Part shown: in pieces, positions 1-14,499 of the stretch | How positions within the stretch are numbered: the stretch's first letter is position 1 | Layout of the letters: each line of letters starts with the position of its first letter | Made by a program: the position numbers and the translations under genes | Assembly (NCBI GenBank): GCA_013265495.1 | Contig: MU058584.1 | Location: 8,088,407 to 8,138,737, forward strand | Length of the DNA: 50,331 nucleotides | Direction of reading: 5' to 3' | Source: Vicugna vicugna | Taxonomy: Eukaryota | Notes under the pieces: model-generated | Databases searched by the model: none | Seen by the model: only the letters and a program-made list of their open reading frames with translations | What the model was told of the DNA's origin: nothing

Positions 1-589
1 CCAGTAAGGAACCCAGAAGTCATTCCTCTGCTCCTCATCCTTTTAAACCCGGTTAATTTGATTTTCTTCACTCTGCTTCTTATCTTCCTTATCTTAGTTC
101 ATCTTACACATGGTCATTGCAATAGCCTGCAACTGTCCTTCTTGTCTCCTTTCTAACCTGCTTTTAACCTCATAATTCTACTCCTGTTATTTGGTGCCTA
201 CTATTCTAGTCAGGTAAGTCCTGGGGAAAAGCTGTGTTCAAGAGACCAAGATGGATCTAGGAAGTGTTGTGTAAGGAAGAGCTTCCTCCACAGAAATCAC
301 ACTGTATCATGCTAACTGATAAATGTCAATATTATGTCCGGAAGGGTAGAAGGTCTAAATCAGTGTCATCAGTGTAAGGCAAGGCTGGATGGAGGAGACT
401 CAAAGGATGGAAAATGGAACCAAATGAGGCACAGCACCCCAGAGATCTGATAGAGGGGTTTTGGAGTGTGTGGTTGATGTGGCTGGATGAGTTGCAAGGT
501 AGAGTACAGGTGCCCTGTTTATGGGGTTTCTATGATGAGTGATGTGGGCCATCTGGAAGCCCTTAAATGATCCTGTGGGGCAGAGAGTT

Positions 590-920
590 GCTAGAACCAT
601 ATTCTAGAAGGAAAATTAGGTCATGTCAATTTCCTGCTTAAACTACTGTTTTCTATATGATTAAAATCCAAAATTCTTGCCATGGTTCACAAGACTCATT
701 GTGATTTGACTGTTACTTAACTTCATAGCCTCATTTCCATCACTTCTTTAGCACACGTGCCCTAGACACAGCAAGCTATTTAGAAATGCCTGAAAGTATT
801 AAGCTATTTGGTATCTTTATGTAGGCTGCTTTCTCTGCCTGGAATGCCTGTGTTCTGTCCAGCTGGTCTGCTGTTCTCTGGTTTATTCTTTGAGACCCTA
901 CTTAAATAGCTCCTCCTCCT
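590..920 (+). mobile_element. L2 LINE 3' fragment, degenerate
   Basis: L2-like motifs 'tcatgtcaatttcctgcttaaaac', 'aaaatccaaaattcttgccatgg', 'ctctgcctggaatgcc'. Confidence 0.7.
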
Positions 921-2709
921 TGACCTACTGTGTGTTTTTGAGCAGGTTGATGACATTGATGACATAATGAAAGATGTGTTTTAGGAAGAGAAATCTGTTG
1001 CTGCAGAGAAAAGACAGGAAGGCAGACACTAGTTATGCCTGTGATCACAGAATAAAGTAACGGCTTTGTAGGGATAGAGCTGTAACTGTAACAGACAAAC
1101 AGAAGTAAGTGCCATGGGCTTTTAATGATTGTGATGTGTTAGAGCAGCTGTTTACATAGCATCTATCTGGTGTGGTTTGCTAGATTTTCCCCCCACCCAG
1201 TATCTAAATGACATAGTCATTTTAAGACCTACAGTTGACCTAAGGTACTTTTGATTTTGAAGACCCCTGCCTCACATAATGCCAAACATATTAAATTGCT
1301 CTACCATCCAATATTAAATATAATACATTAATGATAAAAAGATTCAATTGAGCTGAAGCTGATGGTTGAAAAATGTTACATTTTGTTAATGTTGACAACA
1401 AACTGATGGTTAAATTTTTCATTTTTTTTTCCTGGGCAGAATGAAATAAGAAATATGCATAGGCTAAAATCAGCATGACAAAAAAAAGTGTTTAGTAATA
1501 AGATTTTATTTCTCTGCTACCAAGCAATAGAAAACTGGTAAAAAGATCAGTGACTTCCAGGATTCAGATCATGTTTTTCAATAATAACAAACTTGATTAA
1601 AGCTGAATGGTAGTTTGCATCCTCCACATGCTTAGCTTTTCTTTCCTCCTTCTTCCCGTATTCACCCTTTTCAGTGGTAACATTACATACCAATAGCCTT
1701 TCAGAAAAATAATAATTTTTAGGCTAACAGGAATTGTTAACAAAAAACTTCACTATTTCTTTCCATGTATTCTTCTGGGGCTCAGCCTGTAGCATTTAAT
1801 ATGAACGAACTCTTCAGCGTAGAATCATAGAAAAGTGTGGCTCATGAAACAATTGTCTAAAATGATGGACATTCCTTTCCTAGTCTTCTTTAATCTCCCT
1901 TGTCTGTGTTGATTGGGTCTCCAGCTACCAAAGCTATCAGGCCAAAAGAGGTTGACCTAGTGCTGTGAGAAAAAGAGAAATAAACCTGACAACTTTCATC
2001 TCTGCTCTGTGAAACCAAAGTACATCTACAAGAAAACCAAGGCTTCCTTTTTTTTTTTTAGCTGAGAAAAAACAGATCGCATTTCTTGTGGGAAGTTCTT
2101 AGAGGCACCCACACGCTGTCAGCCACTTTCTGAAGTCACAAACAAGATCAAACAACATCCTGCAAAGCCCTGAGTATAGTGACAGAAAAACTCCTACTAT
2201 GTCTCTTAGGGAGATCCCCGGGCAGGAGGAGCAACCTGGCCTGCCTGTCTTACTTGTGTAACTATCTAGATAAGGATGTCATTGGTAGAGATACCTCAGT
2301 CTTTTGGCAACATTGGAGATGAAGTGTTCCAATGAAATGAAGCCATTCTAATTGCTTTTTAGTGAATTTTCCATTGAACTGAAACATTATTTTAAGCACC
2401 ATACTTTATTTTTATCAGTATTAATTAAAAGATTTCTCCAAAAGTATATCTTTGTCTTACTAAATTATACACTGGGTAGCATTTAATACTCTCTTAATGA
2501 CTTTGGGTTATCATTGTATCAATTACTAAATTTCATTTTCCTTAGAGGATTTTGAAGTACTATTTGTCGCCACATGAATCTGCCTTACATAGTTTTAAAC
2601 CCTGTGGCTTTGCTCTGTGGACCTTAATTGTCACTTATTACTATTTTGCTTTCAAGAAATAGTTTATTCTCAGGGAAATTAAAAGAGACCTAAATAAGTG
2701 AATAGATAT

Positions 2710-4950
2710 TATCATGTTTATGAATCCGAAGACTCAATATTTTAAAGATATCAGTTATCCAAAAATTGATATGTAGAGTCAATATAATTTCAATCAAAAT
2801 CTTATCAGATTCTTTGGTAGAAATTGATAAGCTGATGCTAAAATTTGCATGTAAATACAAGAGACCTAGAATAACAGACACTTTTTTAAAAAAAAAAAAG
2901 GACTGAGTTGGAGTACTCACAACTCCTGATTTTAAGAATTATATAGATATAAAACTATAACCATAAAGCTACAGTAATGAAGTCAGGGGGTTAATTGATT
3001 TTCAACAAAAGATATCAAACCAATTCAATAAGGGAAGTATAATCTTTTTTTTTAACAAGTAGTCCTAGAGCAATTGGTTATCCTTATGCAAAAAAGTAGC
3101 CTTGACCTTTAGGTCACATAATACACAAAAATTAACTTGAGATGGATCCTAAATCTAAATGGAAGATACCAAACTATAAAATTTTAAAAGAAAACATAAG
3201 GAAAAAATTCTATAAGACATTGAATTTGTCAATAAGTTTTAGAGAAGACACCAAAAGTGCAATCCACAAAAGAAAGAATTAACAAATGAAACTATTAAAA
3301 TTAAAATTTTTTGTTCTGTGATGTTTCATGCAACAACATGGATGAATATCAAATGCGTTTCTCTAAGTGAAAGAGGCCAAACCTAAAGACTACGTATTGT
3401 ATGACTCTATTTCTGTGACATTCTAGAAAAGGTGAAATCATAGAGACAAAACAGGTCATTTGCTGCCAAGGGCTTGAGAAGTAGAAGGGCTTGACTGCAA
3501 ATGGACTGCAAAGGGAATTTTGGGGGTGATGAGACTGGTCTGTGTGATACTGCAGTGGTGGATACATCACTTTATGACTTTTATAAAACTTATAGAAGTG
3601 CACACCACAAAGAATGAACTTCACTATATGTAAACTTTTAAGAAATCAGCTAAGATTTTGTGGAGATCCCAGGATGGAAAGCAACCTGTGTTAAATGAAT
3701 ACAGATACATGACATTGTCTTCCTGGAAAGGGTGGAAAGAAATGACAATAAAGTGCAATGTGGCATCTTGGATTGGTGCCTGGAACAGCAAAAGACATTA
3801 GTAGGAAAACTGATGAAATCCAAATAGAGTATGGAATTTAGTTACTATGATGTACTAATGTTAGTTTATTAGTTTTAGTAAATGTACCATAGTCATGTAA
3901 GCTGATAGCATCAGGGGAAATTGAAGCTGGGTGAGGGGTGTATAGGAACTCTTTGCAACTTTTCTGTAAATCTAAAATTTCAAGATAAAAAGTTTAAATA
4001 TCTGTGAGTCTATAATATGCAGTTTATAGACAGGGACTTTATGCATAGTGAATTTATATATCTTGATATAAACGAACTAGATAAATAAATGAGGAGGAAT
4101 GGATAAATCTTCCTTACAGAAGAATTCCAAATAATAAATGTAGAAATAATGAGGGAATTAATCATTGATGCAGGCAGAGTCCGTTAGTGAATGCTCAAAT
4201 TAGTGGACAAAACTTTTAGAAGAAACAGTTTCAGTTTCAAAGTAACTCCCCCAAATATGAATTGCCTTGGTGGTTTTAACATATGTCCACAAATTCTTTG
4301 ATACTCCTTCCTCCAGGAGGTGGAGGTTTGAGTATGAATTGGACTTAGTGACTTGCTTTGAATGAATAGAGTATGGGCAGAGAAAAATAGTTATTTTACA
4401 GTGGAAAACTTGGCAGACGCTATCCTACCAAGTGATGAAAGTTAACATCACCAGTAATAAGTCATGTTGATATCATGTACTAATAATGATGCGATGAAAA
4501 TGATACCTCTGTATTACTCTTCCTCAAAATTCATAACCTCAGCATAATCATGAGAAAGCCTCAGAAAAAATCAAATTGGAGGAACATTCTACAGAATACC
4601 CGAGGAATACTCTACAAAAGTGTCAAAGTCATGAGAAACAAGGAAAGTCTGAGAAACTGTTGCAGAATTACGACCAAATGGACTGGATCTAGGAATGGGA
4701 AAAAGTAAAAACAAAACAAAACAAAAAACCAAGAAAACCCAAAAAACAATAACTGGAGAAATCAGAAAAGAGCCTGTAGTTTAGTTAATAGTGTTGAACC
4801 AATGTTAATTTCTGGTTTCAATAAATGTAACATGGTTATGTGATATGTTAACATTAAGGGAATCTGGATGAAGGTATATGGGAACTCTGTGCTATCTTTG
4901 CAACTGCAAAATAATAAATCTAAAATTATTTTGATATCAAAAGTTTAAAA
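2710..4950 (+). mobile_element. Old L1M (L1MC/MD-like) ORF2 3' part and 3' UTR, fragmented
   Basis: 'gaagactcaatattttaaagat..caatcaaaatc' (ORF2), 'atgcaacaacatggatgaat..ctaagtgaaagaggcca', and 3' UTR blocks 'aaagttaacatcaccagtaataagtcatgttgat' and 'gggaactctgtgctatctttgcaact'. Confidence 0.85.
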
Positions 4951-5026
4951 ATTACAAAGTACTTTTAATTAAATGTTATCACTTCCAAATATTATTGCAT
5001 ATTTGACTAAAATATTGTTAAAATAA

Positions 5027-5258
5027 GCATAGTAAAATGGTGGTTAAGAATGAAAGCTTTAAATGTTAACTGTCTAAATGAAACTCTGTTTTGCCTTTTA
5101 CTAGCCGTATAACTTGGGCAAGTTACTTAACTCTTCCAAGTCTCAGTTTCTTATCTGTAAAATGGGAAGAATATTATTTAATTCATAGATTTTATGAGCG
5201 TTAGAAAAGATAATGCACGGTACCTAATAACTGCTTAATAGATTTAGCTATTATTATT
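5027..5258 (+). mobile_element. MIR SINE
   Basis: Core 'cttgggcaagttacttaactcttccaagtctcagtttcttatctgtaaaatggg' and tail 'tagctattattatt'. Confidence 0.9.
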
Positions 5259-6006
5259 AAAAATTATTACTACCATGGCTTTCTTTAGCTTGGCATAGTT
5301 TGAGTTCCATCTAAGTAACCAAAACATAAATGAGTAGTAAGATTTTATGTGCTGCGATTATTAGCCTCAGCCTACAATTAAGGAGAGAATATCACTGCTG
5401 TTGGCAAAGAAACAGTCAATATGGCTAGTTTTAGCTTGGAGGAGGGTTAGCTTTTGTAGGAGGCAGGGGCTGCCCGGAAAGTGTTGGTGGATCATGCCTC
5501 AGATGGTAAAAATTCCCTGCCAAATATGTAGAGCAAAAGTGTCACAGGAAGATATTGTGGTGTTCTTAGTCATGCTGTGTTTTGCTCTGACCTTTCAGAC
5601 CCTGCTACCTATTCCTCTCAGGAAGGAAAACAAACAAGGAAAGTCATGATCAGCCTCTTTCAATTACTCACCCAATAGGAGACTAACAGGAGGAGCAAAA
5701 CCATGTGTGCCGTGATACCAACCCTAACATTTTGATCCAACCAAGTCGACATCATGAGCATGGTGAAGTTAGATGCAGTCCATGAAACCCTGAACATTCA
5801 CTCCCAGCTTGATAATTCTGTGAATATTTGTGTGTGAGTGAGTGATTATTAGTGTTCTGGTGGTTAAACCAACAAAACCAATGTTATTCCGTGTTAGCCC
5901 AAGCATCATTTTCCTGTTCTTTCAGTAAATATATTTACATACACACCTAATGTGTGAATAGATTTTGCCACAGGTGAAGCTATTTCACAGGCAGCTTATT
6001 TAAGAT

Positions 6007-6041
<35 letters not shown>
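6007..6041. repeat. (ATC)~11 microsatellite
   Basis: Perfect trinucleotide run read directly. Confidence 0.97.
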
Positions 6042-6589
6042 TATTTAAAGCTTTAAAAGACTTAAGGGTTTTTTTTTAAGTTTATTACTATTAAGGATTT
6101 AAATTTGAGATCTTGTAGGTAATAAAACACTAAATGTTTTTTTTTCCTCCTCTTTCTCCAATGCCTCCAGCTTTTCCTCATCCTTCTTTTCTCCTGGGAG
6201 CTGGGTCTAGAACTGCCTTATCTCTACACATAAATGCTATCATCATAATTTTATGCTAGCATTTAGCACTCACATTGCATTTACTAAGCATCAGGTACTG
6301 TGCTAAGTAAGCATCAGCTCTTTTAATGCTTCAACAACCCCATGAGTGTTTGTACTTGCAGAGAAACTGGGTGGCAGAGCCAGGGAGGTTAGGATTGAGA
6401 ATGATCCCCTTTCCCTTGGCCATCATCTTTCTGTTTCCCTCCCCACCTCCATACCATGTTCGCCAAATGACACTCATCTGTTATATGGCTTCATAGCTCA
6501 CTTAGACATTGGTGCCTTGGCATCAAAGTGTTACCTCTTTAAGTATCCTCCTTTACAGTGGAAACAACCCCTAGGAGTATTAGCCATTC

Positions 6590-6680
6590 AACTGGAGTGC
6601 AAGCTTTTAGAGGGCAGGGAATTTGTCTCATGTATCTTTTGTGTTGCTCCTACAGGCTTGGCACATGGTAAGCATGTGAC
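6590..6680 (+). mobile_element. L2 3' terminal fragment
   Basis: 'gagtgcaagcttttagagggcaggga..cttggcacatggtaagc'. Confidence 0.65.
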
Positions 6681-7429
6681 TGAGACACACATTTTCCTCT
6701 GCTGGCTGAGCAGTTTGAATATTGATAAAGAGATGGAAAAGATACTTCCAAGTGGGTCCAAGCAGGATAATACGGTGAACTGCTGAGAACACTGGATTAG
6801 AGGTTCTATAGGAAATGAGGAAAAGGAAAATAGAGGAAGGAAACTGAAAACAACCTCACCTTCTTCTTAATTTTGCCTTGTGTGAGCTCTGATCGATGGG
6901 CGCAGCCATTGTGATAGTGGCATTTACACAGCCCTTCCTAAAGAACTTTCACACCTATCTCATTTGATGCTCTTAGCAACCGGTGAGGTGGGAAGGGAGG
7001 ATTCTCAGAAGGGCCAAGGTCAAAGCAGGTTTTAACTTTCCAAACCCAGAGTTGTTCCCCTCTCCCTCCCAAGAGGAGGCTCACCTACGTGGGAATGGGT
7101 TCCAGAGGAAGGGCTTTTTTTTTTTTTTTTGAATAATTTAAGCTAAAAAGATCAGAGGAAGTTCGCTTTGCTTGATGACTCAGAACTAGAAAGTGCTGCC
7201 CTGCACACACATCAGGACATCTCTGCTACTAAGACATGAAGACACGTCATTCCCTCAGTCTCTGGCTAGTGTAGGATCTGCTGGGACAAGGCTTTCCATC
7301 TTGTGCCGCACTGATGTCGCAGGTCCTGTGTACTTCCGTACTGCATCTCCCAGGAAAATCTTCGCTATCTGCCTTTGTCAGGTAGACCCTTAGCAGCCCA
7401 GTACAGGTACCGTAACCAATTCATCATTG

Positions 7430-9380
7430 ACTATTATATTGAAAAATTTTGGAAGTATCTCCAACTTACGTGACAGTTACCATGCTCAAATATTTTTCTG
7501 AAACATTTGAGAGTAAATTATTGACAGGATGCCCTATTATACCTGAAAACTAGCATGTATTCCTAACAAATGAGAATATTCTCCTGTGTAACCATAAAAT
7601 ACCCATCAAAATCAAGAAGTTAAGATCGACACATTTCTATTGTCCCATCCTTTTCTCCCACTGGATTTCAGTCAGTGTGCCCAATGATGCCCTTTATCAG
7701 GAAAGCATCCAGTTGCATTTAATTGTGTCTCTTTAGTTTGCCTCCATCTTTGATCTTCTCTCCTTGACTTTCATGACCTTGGCACTTTGGAAGATTATTG
7801 ATTTGCTATTGTATAGAGTGCCCTACAGTGTGATTTTTCTCTGATGTGCCATCATGATTTGTCCCGGTTACTCTTTGGCAAGCATAGCACAGAAATGATG
7901 CTGTGTTCTTTTCATTCCAGCCTCCTATCAGAAAGCATATAACTTTGATTTGTCACATGATGGTGCTAATTTGATCATGTCATTAAGATGATATCACCCA
8001 AGCCAGTCCACTGTAAAATTACTGTTTTTCCCTTTAATTCATATGCATTTTGGAAGAAACATTTTGAGACTAATTAAATATCCCATTTCTCATCAAACTT
8101 TCTATTTACTTTTTCACTTATTTACATTAGCATAGGTTTATGGATTCCCATTTTATTCAATATAGATTAAAATACATTATACCATTATTTGCTTTAGATG
8201 TTCAAATTACTTGTCGTTTGGTCAGGGGGAGTCTCTTCTGGCTTCTGTGTCCCTTTGATAAAACCCCGTCATTCTTTGAGCACTTTATGTCACAGCAAGA
8301 TGATCTAGTCTCATTTTGTGCTTTTCCTACCTCAGCTATGGAATCAGCCATTTCTCTAGGGAGTTATGGTCCCTTTTAGTAGAAAATGATATTTGGAAAC
8401 AATGATCTGGAAGATAGATGTGTTTATTGTTCTTGAGATTGTATTGCTCCCAGAGGCTGTCAGTGGACAGAGCTAGTGAGGAATATCTGTATTTGTGTGT
8501 GTGTGTGTATGCGCATTTGTATACACATAAAAGTTTGCGTCTGTATTTATCTATCTATCTATCTATACTAAGATCCGTATTTTCAGGCCAGTACCTTCAG
8601 TTCCAATCCAGCACCACGTAGTTCCTTCTCGTTTTCCTTTCTGTATTTATAACTCTCTCTTCAGACAGTGAGAAAGCGCATGCTTCTTATTTGATCAGCC
8701 TCTTTGTTTGTAACTAATCTCCTGTCATCCCTGCCCTAATCCTTAAATAGACCCCTGCCTAGTACCACCTGAGCTCAAATATCCTGTCTTGACTACATCT
8801 CCAAGCTGAAGCTCTCAGCTGTCTCACAGACTCTAATGCTCCCAGCAGGGCTGCCCTCCTCACCTTGCTCAGGTTACAGTTTACACTGGGATGACCCCCT
8901 TCATCCCAGTTGGACATAGGCACCCTGTGCAGGGCCTCCCACCTGGGTGGATGCTCTAATCAACCCAAACCAAGCCACCCTCCTGTCTACAGTTTAGGCT
9001 CCAACACCTCACACTACATTATTCCCTGTGTTGAGGTGCTCTGTATCTTTCTGGGCCTCTGATAGGTCATGACCTTCCCATCAGCTCTCTGCAAGGATGC
9101 GTGGTTAGTACCCTTCTCACTCACCCTGGACCATTTTGGAAGGCTTACTAACCCGACTAAGACTCTCGAGCCTATGCTGAGTCATCCCTCTTCATGGACA
9201 CCCTCCTCACCCTTCCTGGGTTAAGACTTCTGTGCAGACACCACCCGCACACTTACAGACTCCAACGTTGACCTTACATGAAGCTGTTCCCTTTCCACCC
9301 TCACATTTCAATGCCTGTCTTGCTCAGCCATTATTTAATGTCTCTTAACTACATTGCCCAGGAAAGGCAGGGAAAGGGGA
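7430..9380 (-). mobile_element. Old L1M 3' end (L1MC4/5-like)
   Basis: 'tttttctgaaacatttgagagtaa', 'cttgactttcatgaccttggcac', 'gaatcagccatttctctagggag'; repeated 'ccctcctcacc' units at ~8855 and ~9200. Confidence 0.7.
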
Positions 9381-10772
9381 CAAGAACCATTTTATTTTTG
9401 AGATTTTATTTCCATTATTTCTTACTTCGAGATTCCTGAACTTCACATAGAGAGGCAACTGAGCATAAAGTAAATGTGTTATTAAGATTTTTAAATAATT
9501 GGGAAGGAAAGCAGAATTGAGAAATATAAAATAAAATGACCTTTGAAAAATCCTTAAGCGATTTCAAATTTCTGGGACTTTGTAAGAAGGGCAAGTCCCA
9601 ATTTATTTCTCCAAGCTCCTTATGATATGCTGATGCCTGTACTCTGCCTCTCAGAATAGTTCACATTTCTACAATTAGTTTAGGCTCCATGTTCAGAAAA
9701 ACCTTCTTTATAAATTCTGACTTCTGCATCTCTTCATCTTGACTGCTCAAAGCAAGAATTCTGAATCATTTGATTATAACTGACCTTTGATAATAAAATG
9801 CCCTGTGTTACTTTCCAATTGTTTTCCATGTGTAATAATAGACTTCTCCACAAGCTTGTGAAAAAAAAATTTCTGTAACCTCCCCCCCCAACAGACTGTT
9901 AACGGAGGGTTAAGCTCACTCAGCTAGGTTTGATGCAAACTGATACTTCAGAGACCAAAAAGGCTGCGCCTGGAGCCAGGAAGGGGACTTCCCTTGATAT
10001 CACTCTTTCTCTTTCCTCTTTACCATCCTGACCTCATCCCTACCCTCAACCTCTGCCTTCACCTAGATTCATTTGTGTTGTTATTGTCTGAGGCACAGAG
10101 AAGGCAGAAGCCATTTATTTACTGAAGGTATAGCACGATGAGTAATACTAGGAGACATACATGGGTTTCTGACAGTCACCAGGGAACCAGCATCTCCTGC
10201 CACAGTTGATGTGCTCATCTTTGGTCAGCATCACAGGAGAACTTCGGAATTTCCCTGCTCTTCCGAGAGGAATGAAAGAAGCTGAGGACGAGCCTAGGGG
10301 AGAGAAGTGCATCTTTTCGGGGTGCAATCTGAAGGCTCTTTTGATAACCAGAGAGGCCAGCTTTGTTTTGCCCTTTGTCTATATTAACAGAGAAATTCTT
10401 ATTTCATTGGCTAGGATTGCCTCAAACAGAGATTTGTCTTTCCCTGTCAAGGGGATATCAGTGCGTACCTTGGCCTCATCGACAGTATGGAGGCTTTGTG
10501 AGAAGTAACTTTGCGTAGTTCAGTGGTATAGCTCCTTGGAGACCTCGTTTCTTCTAAAATCAATAAAGGATTTATGTATTTCATCTACTTGAACAGAAGC
10601 TGCTTTCTCAGGAAGCATGGCCTTCTTAATAGAACATTATTATTGCTTTCACAGATTATAGCCATTCTTATGTCTTACATTGTACTTGGTTTTTGGTTAA
10701 CAATACTGTTAAGATATATTTGGGAATTTTTTTTTCTGTGAATGAACAAATGACATTTGTATTTTCCAGAGT

Positions 10773-11968
10773 GTTTTTAAACCAGTTTATTGAAATATGA
10801 TTGACATACAAAAAGCCGGTACTCATTCAATTCTACAGCTGGTGAGTTTGGAGATAAGTATACACCCGTGAACCCGTCACCTCAGCCAGTCCCACCCTCT
10901 TTATTATTGTTCTTATGTGTAATAAGAATACAACAGAAGATCTTTGTTATTTGTGATAAGAACAGTTAACATAAGACAGTCCAGTTAGCAAATTTTAAGT
11001 ATGTGGTGTTGTTAACCATGCTATACTGTAGGTCTCTAGGACTTACTCATCTTGCATAACAGAAACTTTGTACCCTGTGATGATTACCGCTCCCTTTCCC
11101 CCCTCTTCACAGCCCCTGGGAACACTCTGCTTCTGTGAGTTTGACTATTTTAAATTCCTCATAAAAGTGAAATCATTTTGTATTTGTCCTTCTGTGTCTG
11201 GTTTATTTCACTTATTATGCTGTCTCCCAGGTTCATCCCTTTTGGCCCAAATGGCAGGGTTTCGTTCATTTTTAAGGCTAAAAAATACTCCATTGTATGT
11301 ATATACCGTATTTTCTTGATCTGTTTATTCATCAGTGAACATTTAGGTTGCTTTCATGTCTTCTCTGTTTTGAATAATGATGCAATGAACATGAGGATAT
11401 AGATATCGCTTCAAGATCCTGATTTCAGTTTCTTTAGGTACCTACTCAGAAGTGGAATTGTTGGATCACATGGTAGTTCTATTTTTAATTTATTGAGGAA
11501 CTTATGTACTGTTTTCCAGTGGCTGCTTCAGTTTACATTCCCATCAGCAGTGTAGAAGGATTCCCTTTTCTCCACATTCTGAACAACACTTGTTATCTTT
11601 TGAGTTTTGATAATAGCCATTCTAAAAGATGTGAGATGATATCTCATTGTGGTTTTGATTTGCGTTTCTCTGATGATCGGTAACGTTGAACATCTTTTCA
11701 TGTGCCTGTTGCTCATTTGTATGTCCTCTTTGAAGAGAGGTCTATTCAAGTCCTTTGGTCATTTTTAAATCAGATTCTTTTTCCTTTTAGTTTTAAGAGT
11801 TTCTTAGTATATTTTGGATAGTAACCTTTTGTCAGCTACATGGTTTGCAAATAGTTTCCCCCACTCCATAAGTTACCTTTTCATTTTGTTGATTGTTTTC
11901 TTTGCTGTGCAGAAGCGTTTTAGTTTGGTGTAATTCCACTTGTCTGTTTTTGTTTTTGTTGCCTGTGT
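10773..11968 (-). mobile_element. 5'-truncated L1 (L1MA9-like) 3' UTR plus ORF2 C-terminus
   Basis: ORF 11528-11749 '[29 protein letters not shown]' is the L1 ORF2 C-terminus; 3' UTR 'ggagataagtatacacccgtgaa', 'tcatcttgcataacagaaactttgtacc'. Confidence 0.92.
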
Positions 11969-12619
11969 CCGGTTTTTTTTCTTTTTTCTGAAGTTCCAGG
12001 AGTAGAATTTAGGCATAATTTTGCTTTAGCTGCTATAAAATTTAAACTTAGTTTGTAAATATGGTGAGATTTCTCTAAAAAATGTTTATTGATTATTGAC
12101 TGTGCAAGTTACTACCTTGGGATTGGGAATTGAAAAGGGTAAGCAGAGAGGAATGAGACAAATTCTCTATTTCTAGGGACATTATAACTCAATAGGTGGC
12201 AATTAGGATAGAAAACTATCAAAATATAATTAATACTAAGTAAAGACATTTTGTATTAGGAGTGAACTAATTCTCCTCAAATTAATTCTTCCCAAGAGGA
12301 GCAAGATTTCCCAAGTAAGACTGACTTATGAGTTCTCCTTCAATAGGCCAAAGTCTGAAAGTGTGAGCATGAGAATTCAGGGAGAGATTAGCAGTAGAGT
12401 GGGGCTGTAGCAAGTGACCCATGGGCAGAATATGGTAGGAAATTATTCTAGAAAGGCAGTTTGGGATTAGGTTTTGACATCTTTCATTCTAAGTAAAGAA
12501 GTTTAGACTTTATTCTCATAATGGCATGGAAGAGACTTGTGGCGAAGTGAGTGACATGAACTGATTAGCAATGTGGGGACTGAGTAGTGGAGTGAATGGG
12601 GGTTTATGTTATAAAGTAA

Positions 12620-13850
12620 ATCACTCATTTGTTTATTCCATGAACACTTGTTGAGTACCCAGTAGGTGCTAGTGATGCTGAATCTAATAAGACATGGCTT
12701 ATGTGATTGAAAAGCTTCTGGCCTAACTAACGGAGGAGGTAGTGCCAAGTAGTCAGTGTCATGACAGTGACAGCAAAGGGTAGATTTAAATTAGACTAGT
12801 GGTGAGAGGTGATGATAAAAGAAAGCTGCATGGGTCAATGACACTGAGTTTTCAAGGAGAGGTTCACGCTTGCTAGACCTTTGAGATGTATGTGTACGGA
12901 TATGTGCAATGGTAGTGGTGGGGAGTGTGTGGAAATTGGGTACCTCAAGTAAAGAGACATCCAGGTATAAATGCATGGACATGTGTTATATGTTTAGAAG
13001 GAACGAGCGCCAGATTACATCATGTAGCTGAACTGAGCTGTCTGTGGTGGGTATGGCAGGAAATGAGCCTAGAGAAGTAGGCAGAAACTAAATCATGGAA
13101 GGCCTTGGTTGGTCAATAAAGAATTTTTTACTTTAAAACTGAAAGCAGTGGAGATGTCTGAAATTCATCTAAGAAATGGGATAATCATATTTGGGCTTTA
13201 GAAAGATCATGTTGGCATCTGTAAATAGGGTCTAGCCAAACGAGGGGCAAGAAGGCTAGTGGGGAGAGTGTTGTGCTTGCCCAAGTGAGGACTAATGAGA
13301 CCCTGAATTAAGGCAATAAGGGGGTGAGGTTAATGGATTGAAGAGATTTAAGGAAGTAAAAAGTGTAGAATCAAAAGAGGGGTTGGGTGTATCAGGCTGA
13401 ATGAGAGGTTAGGTTCTGGTAGGATACTTGGTGTCTGGCCTTGAAGAAGTAGGAAGGCAGGGTGTCATGCACTGGGGTAGGAAATGGAGATAAGGAAGAG
13501 AGTTTGGGGAGAAAAATGCTAAATTTAGGATTGGACATGTTGGGTTTGAGGGTGCTTATGGGCCATAGTTCTGTAGCCATAAATGGTGCCCTGAGGAACC
13601 GTGGCATTTAAGATTGGAAAAGAAGGGACCATGAAGGGAGGAGGGAAGAAAATCAATAGCATGGTGTCCCAGGAGTAAAGAAGGACACAGTATCACAGAT
13701 GTGTCGGTGAGCAGCAGTACCACGTATGACGAGGACAAGGAGGGAAAGAGCAGCAGCGTGTGTGGAGCTCATTGGAGACTTTAGAGAGAAGTGCGGTGGA
13801 CACAGCAACTGGACTGCTGAAGCTGAGAAGTACAGGTGACAGAGGAAGTG
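12620..13850 (-). mobile_element. L2 LINE fragments
   Basis: 'tcatttgtttattccatgaacacttgttgagtacc', 'tttagaaagatcatgttggc', 'ggacatgttgggtttgagggtgct'. Confidence 0.75.
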
Positions 13851-14499
13851 GCAAATTTTCTTTCTTTTTTTTTAAAGAAACCTGGATTCCCAACAAATCA
13901 TTGCCATTGATATGGCATTTTGCAAGATGATATTTAAATATGTCTGTGCTAATAGAGCCTTGCCGGGGCTGTGCCCACGACAGCCTCCCTAACCTGAACT
14001 TGACTCTCTCCTCTGGTCTTCTAATACAAGGCAGCCAGATGAGCTGGAAGGATGAGGCCCAGCCCCCGGAATGGATTAAGCACTTGGAGAGGGCAGTGAA
14101 AATAAAGAAACGTTTTGCTGCAAGCAGAACAAAGCACATGAAGTGGGCAGTTTAAGCATTTGGTTCAAATCAAGGAGCAACAATGCTCAAGAATGGGTAG
14201 AGAGGGACCCAGAAACAGGAAACCTTGACAGACCAGACCAAGTGTCCCAAAAATATGACAAAGCTTTTGAGATTAAATGCTAGTTCATGTCTGAGTAACA
14301 CAAAACCAGTAGGCTGTGTGACTTTATCATTCTTATATAGGAATTCTGGGAAAAACCCGAGGGGTTCTCTCTCTGGGTTAGATGAGGCTGCCTGCCCGCA
14401 GGCGTGTGAATAATAATAAACATGTATGCTCTTCGACACCTTTACTAAATGATAAGCTTCTGGATGCCAGGAAACCTGGGAGAGCTGGGTTTGTTTTTT

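Noticed and set aside
6346..6786. 146-aa ORF, and similar long ORFs at 13693, 16049, 16639, 38166 and 47077
   Set aside because: They overlap MIR/L2/LTR remnants or homopolymers, several have non-ATG starts, and none shows a recognisable domain; such ORFs are expected by chance.
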